Assembly: GCA_951406725.2 (NCBI GenBank)
Contig: OX597839.1
Location: forward strand, 40,238,001-40,302,000
Length of the DNA: 64,000 bases
Direction of reading: 5' to 3'
Source of the DNA: Octopus vulgaris
Taxonomy: Eukaryota
Shown here: one piece after another, positions 41,021-55,183 of the stretch
Position numbering within the stretch: position 1 is the first letter of the stretch
Layout of the letters: each line of letters begins with the position of its first letter
The notes under the pieces: model-generated
Databases searched by the model: none
Told to the model about the DNA's origin: nothing
The model's input: only the letters and a program-made list of their open reading frames with translations
Made by a program: the position numbers and the translations under genes

Positions 41021-41255
41021 TTCTTTTACTTGTTTCAGTTATTGACCACCGTGGCCATACTGGGGCACCGCTTTGAAGTGTTTAATCGAACAAATCGACC
41101 GCAGTACTTACTTTTTTATTTGTGTAAAATTTTGCACATATTCTATCGCTCTCTTTTACTGAATCGCTAATTTACCAGGCTGTAAGCAAACCAACACCGG
41201 CTTCAAGCAATGGCGTGGAACTTGCACACACACACACACGCACACACACACACAC
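41021..41255 (-). mobile_element. SINE family A, 3' half
   Basis: ttttacttgtttcagttattgaccaccgtggccatactggggcaccgc...atcgaacaaatcgacc...ccaacaccgg. Confidence 0.75.
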
Positions 41256-41260
41256 GTGGC

Positions 41261-41480
41261 TTTTATCTTTTATCATTCATTTGTTTCAAACATTAGCCTA
41301 GGGTCATACTGGAGCACCGTATTAAAGGATGTAGACGGACATATCGGCCCAGTATATTATTCTAAATCTGGTAACTCCTCTTGTCGGATGCTTTTAAGAC
41401 CTTCTAAGATGTGGGAACGTTAACAAACTAACACCGATTATCAACCAGTGATGGGCCACAAACACAAACACATACATAGA
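41261..41480 (-). mobile_element. SINE family A, second older 3' half in tandem
   Basis: ttgtttcaaacattag...catactggagcaccg...aacaccgattatcaaccagtgatggg. Confidence 0.6.
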
Positions 41481-41549
41481 AATAGATATATAAATAAAAA
41501 TTAAGGGGAGATGAAACAGACTAATGAAACCCAAAACAAATAATATTGT

Positions 41550-41752
41550 TCCTGCTATAGGTATTTGGCATGACATTTTAAGGGGAGGGGCTAATCAATT
41601 ACCTTGACCCCCACTGCTCAACGGGAGGTCATTTTGTCCCACATGGCTGAAAGAGAAAGTCGACATGGGTGCAAGTTGAACTGCGAACGTAGGCCAGACG
41701 AAACGGTGTTAGATACTCTTGTCCGGTTCGATAACGATTCTACCAGCTTGCA
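41550..41752 (-). mobile_element. SINE family C, very diverged
   Basis: gaaagtcgacatggg...ttgaactgcgaacgta...cagacgaaa...taacgattctaccagcttgc. Confidence 0.6.
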
Positions 41753-41814
41753 GATTGGCTTGAGCAGATTATACAAAGACATGGTAGATTATGTGTTTGC
41801 TGAATTAATTGATG

Positions 41815-41887
41815 ATCCACGGGGTGAAATAGAGGCGTGCTGTGCCCATAATCCAAAGTTCCGTTGAGCGAAAATTAAGTTCTGCGA
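41815..41887 (+). pseudogene. Initiator tRNA-Met (CAT) pseudogene
   Basis: gcgtgctgtgcccataatccaaagttccgttgagcgaaa...tctgc aligns with the eukaryotic tRNAi-Met pattern GCGTGCTGGGCCCATAACCCAGAGGTC...GATCGAAA...CTCTGC; acceptor and D stems disrupted. Confidence 0.75.
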
Positions 41888-42102
41888 AGAATTTGAACAC
41901 AGGTGTTGGTATTCATCCATAATTAAAGAATTGCAATAAAGAACAGCTCCACGTGAGACAAGGAATTAATCTCAAGAATCAAGATTTTCTCCAAAGCTGA
42001 TATGTCATTAATGAAAAGGAAAGGCTTATATGAAGAAGGAGAGGAGGTGTAGGAGGAGGAGAGAAAGGTGGCAGAAGACAGGTAACAAGAGGATAAAACA
42101 TA

Positions 42103-42318
42103 TTATTTTTTACTCTAGGCACAAGGCCCGAAATTTTGGGGAAGGTGGCCTGTCGATTAGATCGACCTCAGTACGCAACTGGTGCTTAATTTATCGAACC
42201 CGAAAGGATGAAAGGCAAAATCGACCTCGGTGGAATTTGAACTCAGAACGTAACGGCGGACGAAGTACTGCTAAGCATTTCGCCCGGCGTGCTAACGTTT
42301 CTGCCACCTCACCAACTT
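42103..42318 (-). mobile_element. SINE family C monomer, full length
   Basis: Tail tactctaggcacaaggcccgaaattttgggg, body, B-box and head all present. Confidence 0.92.
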
Positions 42319-42489
42319 ATATATATATGAAATACTGTATCACATGCAACAGTCATAAAGGTATATACACATGCAGACACACATACATACATACATATAT
42401 GCAGCCATGCAAACATATCTATGCCTGTAGATATATAGACACACGCACTGAGTACATAAATATATGTATCTCTCTCTCTCTCTCTCTCA

Positions 42490-42530
<41 letters not shown>

Positions 42531-42549
42531 CCCACAATTTTTGTTGTTT

Positions 42550-42760
42550 GGCTAAACACAGACGGGACAAACAAGGACAGACGAACGGATTAAGTCGATT
42601 ATATCGACCCCAGTGTGTAACTGGTACTTAATTTATCGACCCCGAAAGGATAAAACACAAAGTCGACCTCGGCGGAATTTGAACTCGGAACGTGACGACA
42701 GACGAAATACAGCTACGCATTTCGCCCGGCGTGCTAACGTTTCTGCCAGCTCGCCGCCTT
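42550..42760 (-). mobile_element. SINE family C head + body + partial linker (truncated multimer type)
   Basis: gctaaacacaga...acaaacaaggacagac linker, body, head ttctgccagctcgccgcctt; abuts (TA)n. Confidence 0.9.
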
Positions 42761-42854
<94 letters not shown>

Positions 42855-42877
42855 GCGCATATATATATATATATGCG

Positions 42878-42961
<84 letters not shown>

Positions 42962-43141
42962 ACGCGCAAGTTATGTTGCGTTGAATTATTTTAATATGGT
43001 AAGAAATAAATATAATTGCACGTTAGGAACATTTGCAGAAGTAGCTTTGTCGTGCTAACGACGTCAACAACAATATTTGGATGGAAAAATATAAGTACTA
43101 CAAGCATGTAAAATGTGACAGTTACCTTCGATTTTATTACG

Positions 43142-43517
<376 letters not shown>

Positions 43518-43565
43518 ATATGTTTTATATGTATATATATATATATATTATATTATTTTTATTAT

Positions 43566-43597
<32 letters not shown>

Positions 43598-43767
43598 ATA
43601 TATGTATGTATATATAACTATCTATCTATTTATCTAGCAATACATATGTAAGTCTGTGTGTGTATGTGTTTGTGTGTATGCTTGTGTGTGTGTGCGTGTA
43701 TGTATATATATATACATATATATATATATTATACATAAATAAGTATACACAAACGGATAATTATCTG

Positions 43768-43806
<39 letters not shown>

Positions 43807-44062
43807 ATCTATCTATCTATTTAAAAATGAGTGTGCGTATGCGTGTGTGCGTATGTATAATATTTGTGAATATATAAAAATACATATAATATAAATTCGT
43901 ATATAAGTGTGTGTATACTTATATATATAGTTATATATACATATATACGTGTTTATACATACTTATGTGTACAAATATATATACATATATATGATATATA
44001 TGTATGTATATATATAATATATATATATGTATATTTATATATATATATATATATATAATATA

Positions 44063-44181
<119 letters not shown>

Positions 44182-44592
44182 ATATATACATATATACATA
44201 TGTATATATATACATAAAATCTGACGGCATATCTCGATGATGAATCAAAACCAAAAGGGAACGCACGTCACGTCGTTAAACCATGTCTTGTTTAGTCGTC
44301 GAAGATCGAAAACGTGACGACAAGATTCTAGCTGGAAACCTCCATTTTAAGTGCTATTAGCACATAATTAAATACAATTATACATTCAACTTCCACAGTA
44401 AGTTTCAGCATATTCTGGATTTCTTTTCATATTTTTCTGCCTTATTTTCTTCATAATTCCGTGTATTTTTCCCTGTTTTCCCTCCATTATTTCATTCCAC
44501 GTTCCCGTCCGTATGTAATTATATCTACATAGCATACATCACATAGATGTTAGATTACGTTGCACGAGATACGAAATTGCTTTATGCGAGTG

Positions 44593-44639
<47 letters not shown>

Positions 44640-44676
44640 ATGTGTGTATTTGTGTGAATGTATGTATATGTACAAA

Positions 44677-44724
<48 letters not shown>

Positions 44725-44785
44725 CATACAAATATATATATATATAAATAAGTATACACAAACGCATATAGATGCATATATACAT

Positions 44786-44817
<32 letters not shown>

Positions 44818-44951
44818 AGTGTAATTACGCATATGTGTAATTACACGCATTATGTAATTATATACCTTCACATATAATCGCATATTAGGCACAAATGTAA
44901 GTGCGCATGCGTTAGCCTATATATATATATATATATTATTATGCATGCATA

Positions 44952-45002
<51 letters not shown>

Positions 45003-45671
45003 TTGTACATGCACACACATATATATATAACAAATGCATACACATATGCTATATGCTATATCCATGGATATATATGTGTACATACGCAGGTTTCTACAGT
45101 AACGTGTAGAAGATATATACAGAAGCTATCATTTATAACATTGAATACTATTTTGTCCAATTGCTAATAACATCCCTTCAAACTGGGAACGTTAAACATG
45201 TATATATTTATGTGTGTGTGAGTGTGTGTATACGTTTCGGTACATGTGTGTATAAATATATGTATGTATAAATATATGTATGTATGTCTTTCATGTATAT
45301 ATATAAGTGTGTGTTTGTATCTCTCTCCTTATGTATGTATTTCCATGTATCTGTTTGCGTACCTTTTCCTCTATGTAAATTGAGATGTATTGATAAATAT
45401 ATATAGACAGTGAAGTATAAAAATGGAACAAAAGGCAAAGGAAACGTGTAAGAAACAGACAGATATGTAGATATATACATGGATAGAAAGATAGAAGGAT
45501 AGATAGATAGATACACAGATTAATGGCCGGAGCTAGATACTTAAAAAGTTAAATGTATAGGTATCTATAAACGCGTGTATGCGTGTGTATGTGTATGTAT
45601 ATATATATATATATATATACATACATACATATTATATTTAGTAGAATAATAAAGAGAAAGTTTTTGGTACA

Positions 45672-45710
<39 letters not shown>

Positions 45711-45757
45711 TATACATACATATAAATATATATATAAATATACTTATCATAAATAGG

Positions 45758-45797
<40 letters not shown>

Positions 45798-45847
45798 AAT
45801 TTGTATATATGTATATATGCGAATATGTATGTATGCCTGTATGTATG

Positions 45848-45880
<33 letters not shown>

Positions 45881-46011
45881 ATGTATGTATGTATGTATGT
45901 ATGTATACAGATATATATATTTGCATATGTAAGCGTATAGTGCATATACACAACTAACATACTTTCGCAAAAAAGGATATATGCTTCTATGCATGCATAT
46001 ATATTTAGACA

Positions 46012-46046
<35 letters not shown>

Positions 46047-46469
46047 GTATGTCTACATTCACGTAATTGTGTGTGTTGTGCGTGTATGTATGTATGCAAA
46101 ATTTTTTCTAATTTTTTTCTTCGTATATTATCAATATTTCTATTCATTATTTCATACAGCTAGGAATTTTAATAAATACTTTCTTGCAAATTTTCAGGAA
46201 TTTGTTAACCATTTTCAACATTCTTCACTTTTTCATTATTTACCAACATCCCCTTACCCTCAATCCCCTTCTCCTCTCTCCCTCTCTTTCTCAAACTCAC
46301 ACACCCACTCTCTCTCTTTCTTTTTCATTCTATCCTTTTCTCACTCTAGTCTCTCATGAACACATTAATCTCTTACTTTTATATGTGTGGTGAGTGTGTA
46401 TTTTTGCATATATACACAGATACAAGGATTTAGAAAGATTGATACAGTGGCGGGGAGGTATATACAAAA

Positions 46470-46860
<391 letters not shown>

Positions 46861-46982
46861 GAATACTTAGGTAGATAAATAGATAGATAGAGAAATAGTT
46901 AGACAAATAAATATATAATATAATATAATATAATATAATATAGATATAATAATTTTTATGAAAATATTTTCACTATCAAATC

Positions 46983-47385
46983 GAATCGTTAGCGCGCCGG
47001 GCGAAATGCTTAGCATTTCGTCTGCCGTTACGTTCTGAGTTCAAATTCCGCCGAGGTCGACTTTGCCTTTTATCCTTTCAGGACGATTAAATTGGTACCA
47101 GTTATAATCAACTTTATATATGTGTATATATATAATCAACTTAATCCGTTTGTCTATCCTTGTTTGTCTCCTCTATGTTTAGCCCCTTGTGGGTAGTAAA
47201 GAAATAGGTATTTAGTCTCCCGTTACATTCTTAGTTCAAATTCCGCCGAGGTAGACCTTGGCTTTCATACTTTCGGAGTTGATTAAACAAGTACCAGTTA
47301 CGCACTGGAGTCGATGTAATCGACTTAATCCCTTCGTCTGTCCTTGTTTGTCCCCTCTGTGTTTAGCGCCCTGTGAGCAATAAAA
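46983..47385 (+). mobile_element. SINE family C dimer with short-type junction
   Basis: Two bodies joined by linker ...gtgggtagtaaagaaata|ggtattt. Confidence 0.88.
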
Positions 47386-48045
47386 TTAATAATTATATTA
47401 TATTATATATATATATATATATATGTGTGTGTATACACATATACACACATGTATATCATATATATATATGCTTATATATACATACACACGCACATATATA
47501 TATATATAATTATATATTTATTCTCTCATTATTTCTTTTTATGTCGTTTTCTCCTCCTCAGCTCATAATTTCCATCCAACTTCCTTACTATGACTACCAT
47601 AACACCACTCAAGCTCCACGAGGATCATTATCATGATCATGATCCTCATTATCAGCATCATCACCACCACCACCACCTCTACCAATAACAACAAAAACAA
47701 TAACAACAGCAAGAACAACTACAATTTCAGTACGAACAGCAGCGAAACCATCAACGCGAGCGTGGATGGAAGTTAACCTTTGTTCATAATTCACCTCTAT
47801 GATTAAAACGATGTAATACACCGATAACATGGGAAGCTAAAATAACATGTTTGCTCGCCGTTGCAGAATCTACAGTAAGAATCATCTAACAATGCCAGCA
47901 AGTGCACCGAGAGATATAAGAGATAACTCTGTGTGCGTCGTTGTGAAACAGTGACTGTTGCAGTGTAAACAAGAACCTTTGAAATGATGCACAGCATGGT
48001 AGCAATTATTATATGTAGTACATATTTGTACATATTATGTACAAA

Positions 48046-49026
48046 TATTGTTTTCTACTCTCGGCACAAAGATCGAGAATTTTTGGGGGAGGGGGCCAGT
48101 CGATTAGATCGACCTCAGTACGCAACTGGTACTTAATTTATCGACTTCGTAAGGATGAAAGGTAAAGTCGACCTCGGCGGAATTTGAACTCAGAACGTAA
48201 AGACAGACGAAATACCTATTTCTTTACTACCCACAAGGAGCTAAACACAGAGAAGACAAACAAGGACAGGCAAAGGGATTAAGTCGATTACATCGACCCC
48301 AGTGCGCAAATGGTACTTATTTAATCGACCACGAAAGGATAAAAGGTAAAGTCGACCTCGGCGGAATTTGAACTCAGAACGTAAAGACAGACGAAATACC
48401 TATTTCTTTACTACCCACAAGGGGCTAAACACAGAGAAGACAAACAAGGACAGGCAAAGGGATTAAGTCGATTACATCGACCCCAGTGCGCAAATGGTAC
48501 TTATTTAATCGACCACGAAAGGATAAAAGGTAAAGTCGACCTCGGCGGAATTTGAACTCAGAACGTAAAGACAGACGAAATACCTATTTCTTTACTACCC
48601 ACAAGGGGCTAAACACAGAGAAGACAAACAAGGACAGACAAAGGGATTAAGTCGATTACATCGATCCCAGTGCGCAACTGGTACTTATTTAATCGACCCC
48701 GAAAGGATGGAAGGCAAAGTCGACCTCGGCGGAATTTGAACTCAGAACGTAAAGACAAGCGAAATACCGCTAAGCATTATCGCCCGGCGGGCTAACGATT
48801 CATATGTCTTTATTGCCCACAAGGGGCTAAACACAGAGGGGACAAACAAGGACAGACAAAGAGATTAAGTCGATTACATCGACCCTAGTGCGTAACTGGT
48901 ACTTAATTTATCGACCCCGAAATGATGAAAGGCATAGTCGACCTCGGCGAATTTGAACTCAGAACGTAAAGACAAACGAAATACCGCTAAATACCGGCGT
49001 GCTAACGGTTCTGACAGCTCACCGCT
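48046..49026 (-). mobile_element. SINE family C pentamer with mixed periods (184, 184, 184, 217)
   Basis: tttgaactc at 48183, 48367, 48551, 48735, 48952; tail at 48046-48100; head at 49026. Confidence 0.93.
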
Positions 49027-49050
49027 TTATGACCTGTAAAAGTTGTAACA

Positions 49051-49272
49051 TTGGTTTCAAATTTTGGCACCAAGCCAGCAATTTCGTGGGTGGGGTAGAG
49101 GGGGTAAGTCGATCACATCGTCCCCAGTACTTGACTGATACATATTTTATCGACAAGAAACGATGAAAGGCAAAGTCGACTTCGACGGAAAACGAACTCA
49201 GAATATAAACACGGACGAAATGCCGCCAAGCATTTTGTCCGGTGCGCTAGCGATTTATCACCACATTGCCTT
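49051..49272 (-). mobile_element. SINE family C, older subfamily monomer
   Basis: ggtttcaaattttggcaccaagccagcaattt tail; gatgaaaggcaaagtcgac body. Confidence 0.85.
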
Positions 49273-49594
49273 ATGTGCAGTTGCATTGTTAATAGCAGTA
49301 ATATCAATAAATGCAGTAATATGCAGAACCTCTGCGCATCGGTGCAGCCGATGCAGTAACAAAAATAATTGCAACGGTTGCACAGATTATCGAATTATGA
49401 GCGATGCAGGATACGATGTGCAATATAAATATTAACAAAAAGCCATAGCTGCAACAAGAAATAACATATGCAGTTTCCACTGCAACAATCTGCAGTGACA
49501 TTAATATTTCAATAGCATGAATTGCATCACGATGTACAATATTTACTATAAGTGCAACAGTTTGCAATATGCATATTAAATAGACTAAGATATA

Positions 49595-50023
49595 GGCGCA
49601 GGAGTGGCTGTGTGGTAAGTAGCTTGTTTACCAACCACATGGTTCCGGGTTCAGTCCCACTGCGTGGCACCTTGGGCAAGTGTCTTCTACTATAGCCTCG
49701 GGCCGACCAAAGCCTTGTGAGTGGATTTGGTAGATGGAAACTGAAAAGAAGCCCGTCGTATATATGTATATATATATATATGTGTGTGTATGTGTTTGTG
49801 TGTCTGTGTTTGTCCCCCTAGCATTGCTTGGCAACCGATGCTGGTGTGTTTATGTCCCCGTTACTTAGCAGTTCGGCAAAAGAGACCGATAGAATAAGTA
49901 CTGGGCTTACAAAAAGAATAAGTCCCGGGGTCGAGTTGCTCGATTAAAGGCGGTGCTCCAGCATGGCTGCAGTCAAATGACTGAAACAAGTAAAAGAGTA
50001 AAAGAGTAAAGAGTAAAGAGAGT
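49595..50023 (+). mobile_element. SINE family A, full length, young
   Basis: Near-identical to 10170-10591; tail of (gtaaa(a)ga)n repeats. Confidence 0.94.
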
Positions 50024-50356
50024 ATAATGTGAGTGAGCCATGAATTTAACCCCTTGACGCCGGTATGACCCGAAGCATGCGAGACACTGCTCCGGTCTTT
50101 TTTTTTTTTATCTAATTAGGCTACACAAACACACAAGAGCCAACGAGCTCGCGTCTATTTACGTTCAGCGTTACAATGACATAGCGTCGTTGTTTCTTCT
50201 TTGTACTCCTTTACGTTACACTTGCCTGAAGTCTTGTTTGGGACCAAATTTTCAAGAACAAAAAACAGGTGCTGCAACAGCGACAACAACTGCAGCAACA
50301 CGACGAACTGTCAACTACGACCTACAACGTCCGGCAGTGGAATACGAACTTACACA

Positions 50357-50749
50357 TATAATGTGGAAGCACTCCGTCGGTTACGACGACGAGGGTTCCG
50401 GTTGATCCGAATCAACGGAACAGCCTGCTCGGGAAATTAACGTGCAAGTGGCTGAGCACTCCACAGACATGTGTACCCTTAACGTAGTTCTCGGGGATAT
50501 TCAGCGTGACACAGAGAGTGACAAGGCCGGCCCTTTGAAATACAGGTACAACAGAAACAGGAAGTAAGAGTGAGAGAAAGTTGTGGTGAAAGAGTATAGC
50601 AGGGATCACCACCATCCCCTGCCGGAGCCTCGTGGAGCTTTTAGGTGTTTTCGCTCCATAAACACTCACAACGCCCGGTCTGGGAATCGAAACCGCGATC
50701 CTACGACCGCGAGTCCGCTGCCCTAACCACTGGGCCATTGCGCCTCCAC
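50357..50749 (-). mobile_element. SINE family B (B1), full length, 11-bp TSD
   Basis: TSD gaacttacaca at 50346-50356 and 50750-50760. Confidence 0.95.
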
Positions 50750-51239
50750 GAACTTACACAGAAGCAATATTACATACAGCAATGTGCTGACTTATTTTTA
50801 TCGATTTTCTAAAGATCTAATAAAGAAAATTATTTTCTTTTTAAATAAAAATTTGCGGGGATGTACTTTACGAATAATTTGATTAGAATAACTTTCGAGT
50901 AATTAATGGCATAAATAATGCCAATCGGCTAACTCTTTAATTACGAGAGACTTATTAAAAGCTTCACTCTAAATAAATCACGTTCAGTTAGAAGTCAACG
51001 AAATATTTTACGCTATAACAGTAATGAAAACGGAATTTTATTAAAAACAAATTATTATTTACGTTACATCATTCAAGAACAACTGCAGCATCTCAATACA
51101 ACAGTAATATAATTTATTTGGTAATTTAGAAGAATTACTTGATTACAGGTAAAGAACGACTCTGTACGTTCAAACCCCACCGCGGTTAACTGCACCGGTT
51201 TTATTTAGCTATTTAGTTTATTTAGTTGGGTAACGTATC

Positions 51240-51400
51240 CTTTCTGCTATGGGCAAAAAGCCTGAAATTTTGTGGGGAGAGTTTAAATGGATGTAATCGA
51301 CCCCAGTGCTCAACTGGTGCTTATTTTATCGACCCCGAAAGGATGAAAGTTAAGGTCGACCTCGGCGGAATTTGAAGCATTTTATCCGGCGTGGGTAACG
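51240..51400 (-). mobile_element. SINE family C, internally deleted
   Basis: atcgaccccagtgctcaactgg...atcgaccccgaaaggatgaaa...gtcgacctcggcggaatttgaa|gcatttt. Confidence 0.85.
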
Positions 51401-51524
51401 TATAACAAACTATAATATGAAGGTACGTGGCTTAGTTGTTGGGTCCAAGGCCCAATGAGGAGCCTCCCACAAGAGGTTGCTTAAAAGGCCCCCCGATAGG
51501 GCGGCTTTAAACTTTTACATAATA

Positions 51525-51757
51525 TGTGTGTTTATGTGCACGCACCTTCGTGTTTGTCTCGCCATTGCTTGATAACCAATGTTAGTTTATTTCTGTCCCC
51601 GAAACTTTACTGTTTGACGAAAAAAAAAAATGAGAAAACGGAGACAACATGTAGCAAACTCAAATGTATATACTGGAGCCAAATTCTTCGAGTAAAACCT
51701 TCAAGGCGATGTCCCGTCATTGGATGTGTGCAATGAATGAAACAACTAAACGATAAA
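51525..51757 (+). mobile_element. SINE family A, old 3' half
   Basis: gtgtttgtctcgccattgcttgataacc...gtccccg...cttcaaggcgatg...aatgaatgaaacaactaaa. Confidence 0.55.
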
Positions 51758-52050
51758 TCTTTATATATAAAAGTGAAGTTGTGTGAGTGTCTGTCTCCTA
51801 CGATTTAGATTCCTAACTACTCCCACATTTTGCGGTGCAGTTTAACCAAAAGTGGGTATCTTATAGTCGTGATTCATATCGAGCCCTTCTGGGTATTAGC
51901 GTGAGTCTACGATTTAAAAAAAAAATTACCATCATTTTTTTCCAATTTTCGATTAATTTTTTTGCTATTATATAAGGGAAGTAACTCTCTAAAAATGCTT
52001 ATATAGTTATTTCCCTTACAAACCCGAGCAACGCCGGGCGATACTGCTAG
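51758..52050 (+). mobile_element. Non-autonomous Helitron, copy 2
   Basis: A|TC...cccgagcaacgccggg...CTAG|T; matches 18174-18463. Confidence 0.9.
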
Positions 52051-52117
52051 TCTTAAATATAAAGAGATCATCGATGCGGTCTTTCGCTCTCCCGCTTAAA
52101 GGTACAAAAGTGTTATC

Positions 52118-52672
52118 TAATTATGGTTGACTAAAAATTAAATATCCACAATTTTTCTTCAGTATAAGTTTCTACACTGCTATTTGACTGCTAGTATTAA
52201 GATGCTTCCCTCCACCTCTTCTAGGTCGTTATATTATAACCATCACCAATTCCTTTCTTGTTTCAGAAAATTCTCAGCCGAAAATTACAGGCGGTAACGT
52301 TGGAAGGTGTAGATAATTCCATATTAGATAGCTAGTTACATAAGGTCGTTATATTACAAACATCACCAATATTTTTTCTTCTTTCTGAAATTCCCAGCCA
52401 AAAATTACAGACGGAACCGTTGGTAGGTATAAATAACTAGTTTCATAATAGATAGCTAGTTACATAATTATGATTGCCTAAAAATTGAATTTCACATTTT
52501 TTCTTGAGTACAAGTTACAACACTGCTATTTAACCCTTCGTATTAAGATGCTTCCCAACACATCTTCCAGGTCGTTATATTACAAACAACACCATTTTTT
52601 TCTTTCTTTCTGAAATTCTCAGCCAAAAATTACAGACGGAAACGTTGGTTGGTGTAGATGGTTAGTTCTATA
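52118..52672. repeat. Complex tandem repeat X-Y-Y-X-Y (X ~105 bp, Y ~120 bp)
   Basis: Y (aggtcgttatatta...) starts at 52223, 52343, 52569; X (taattatg...) starts at 52118, 52465. Confidence 0.85.
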
Positions 52673-52982
52673 ATTCTTAAACTGTGAGTCAAAGTCGACA
52701 GCCGTTCCCAGAGCTATCTATCAAAATATACACTGGGAATGAAGTTGTCTAGACTTAAGTGCACTATATGCAGCATTTAATAGCAGCCCAGAGAGGATAG
52801 GGAAACTGTTTAGCATTCAAAGCAGTGTGGCATATGTAGCAAAATGCAAATGGCGATGTACTGAGAGGGGAAAAGGAAAATGTATACAAAGAAAAATATA
52901 TATCTTGCACTGGTAAATATTAAAGTTGATAATTAGTCTGTGAGTTATTGTTTGTTTCTTTGTGTGTTTGTGTTTGTGTGTG

Positions 52983-53062
52983 TACATGGCTCAGTGGTTA
53001 GGAAGACGAATATACAACCCTGAGGTTGTAGGTTCGATTCCCGTAGGTTCGATTCCCGTAGC
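52983..53062 (+). mobile_element. Isolated tRNA-derived head with duplicated B-box
   Basis: A-box tggctcagtggtta; gtaggttcgattccc at 53028-53042 and 53043-53057. Confidence 0.7.
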
Positions 53063-53069
53063 GAGACTT

Positions 53070-53480
53070 ACTACCTCAACTACTACTACCACTACTGCTG
53101 CTACTACTACTACTACTACTAGTAATGCTGCTGCTGCTACTACTACTACTACTACTACTATTACTACTACTATTACTATTAACACTATAGCTGCTGCTGC
53201 TGCTACTACTACTACTACTATTACTATTAATACTATAGCTGCTGCTGCTGCTACTACTACTACTACTATTACTATTAATACTATAGCTGCTGCTACTTCT
53301 ACTACTACTACTGCTACTACTACTACTACTACTATTACTATTAATATTATAGCTGCTGCTACTTCTACTACTACTACTACTGCTACTGCTGCTGCTACTA
53401 CTACTACTACTACTACTACTACTAGTACAACTGCTGTTGCTGCTGCTGCTGCTGCTACTACTAATAATAGTAATAATAAT
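53070..53480. repeat. (ACT)n/(GCT)n compound microsatellite with higher-order repeats
   Basis: Directly visible. Confidence 0.92.
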
Positions 53481-53704
53481 AACATTGTTAATTTTGTTTC
53501 CTTTTTCCCATTTACTTACTTTATATATATTTTTTATTTTTTGCTTTTTTCCTTTTTCACTCTGTCTTTCTTTCCTCTTTTCTCTGTCACGTGACTTTGT
53601 AAATGAACAACCTGGCGTGAGTATTTTTATGACCTACCAATGTATACAGTGAGTTACTCTACCCTAGGTGTCAGGAAGACACTTGGCAAGAAATGGAAAC
53701 AAAA

Positions 53705-54266
53705 CTGAAGACGAGGAAGAAGTAAAAGAAGATGAAAAAGAAGAGAAGACGAAGGAGGAAGTGGAGAAGAAGAAAAAGAAGAAGAAGAAGAAGAAGAAGA
53801 AGAAGAAGAAGAAGAGAAGAAGGAGAAGAGGAAGAATGAAGAAAAAGAAGAAGAAGAAGAAGAAGAAGAAGAGAAGAAGAAGAAAAAAGAAAAAGAGGAA
53901 AAGAAGAGGAGAAGAAGAAGAAGAAAAAGGAAAAGAAGAGAAGAAGAAGAAGAAGAAGAAGAAGAAAAAAAAACGAGAAGAAGAAAAATGAGAAGCAGAA
54001 GAAAAAAGAGAAGACGAAGAAGTAGAGGTGATGAAGGAGACGAAGAAGAAGTGGAAGTAGAAGAAAAAGAAGGAGAAGAAGAAGAGGAAGCGGAAGTCGA
54101 AGTAGAGGAAGAAGAGGAAGTAGAGGGAGCAGAACAAAAAGAAATAGTAGTATTATTATTATTATTATTAGTAGTAGTAGTAGTAGTAGTAGTAGTGATG
54201 GTGGTGGTGGTAGTAGTAGTAGTAGTAGTATTGGTAGTAGTAGTAGTAGTAGTGGTAGTGGTGATG

Positions 54267-54328
<62 letters not shown>

Positions 54329-54375
54329 GGTGGTGGTGTAGTAGTAGTAGTAGTAGTAGTAGCAGTAGTAGTAGT
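53705..54375. repeat. (GAA)n followed by (GTA)n/(GTG)n microsatellites
   Basis: Directly visible. Confidence 0.93.
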
Positions 54376-54793
54376 ATATTTATCTCAAAGCTATTAACGT
54401 CGACATCACTGATTACCGGTGGTCTCCTTAATCGATGTCGTTCGTCCTGTCATCAAATACACAGGACCCAGTCGCCTGTGTAACGTCTTTATACCTGATT
54501 GCACTCCATAGCATTCAACCTATAAATTCCTAATTAAGCTTTGTCATTCAAACAACACCTCAGTCTCTCTCCTCATTATTTCTCGCACCACTAACACGCA
54601 TCTATGTTATGGCTCTCTGTATGCGTTTGTGTGTGTGTGTGTGGTTAATTTGTTTCTGTTGTTGTACGTATGTGTATGTGTTCCTCCGCGCGTGTGTGCC
54701 TGTGTATGTATGTTTGTATGTATGCATGTACGTATGTATGTATGTGTGTATATATGTATATATATGTGTGTATCGCGGGTAGTTTATCCACGA

Positions 54794-54998
54794 TACGCCG
54801 GGCGAAATGCGTAGCCGTATTTCGTATGCCGTTACGTTCTGAGTTCAAATTCCGCCGAGGTCGACTTTGCCTTTCATCCTTTCGGGGTCGATAAATTAAG
54901 TACCAGTTACGCACTGGGGTCGATGTAATCGACTTAATCCGTTTGTCTGTCCTTGTTTGCCCCCTCTGTGTTTAGCCTATTTGTGGGTAGTAACGAAA

Positions 54999-55000
<2 letters not shown>
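54794..55000 (+). mobile_element. SINE family C body + linker
   Basis: acgccgggcgaaatgcgtagccgtatttcg...gagttcaaattccgccgaggtcgac...gtgggtagtaacgaaata, running into (TATC)n. Confidence 0.9.
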
Positions 55001-55075
<75 letters not shown>

Positions 55076-55151
55076 GTCCGTCAGTCGTTCCGTCCGTCCG
55101 TCCATCCGTCCGTCCGTCCGTCCGTCCGTCCTTCCATCCATCCATCCATCC

Positions 55152-55183
<32 letters not shown>

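Noticed and set aside
50046-50100. piggyBac-like TTAA|CCC terminus
   Set aside because: No matching inverted right end found.
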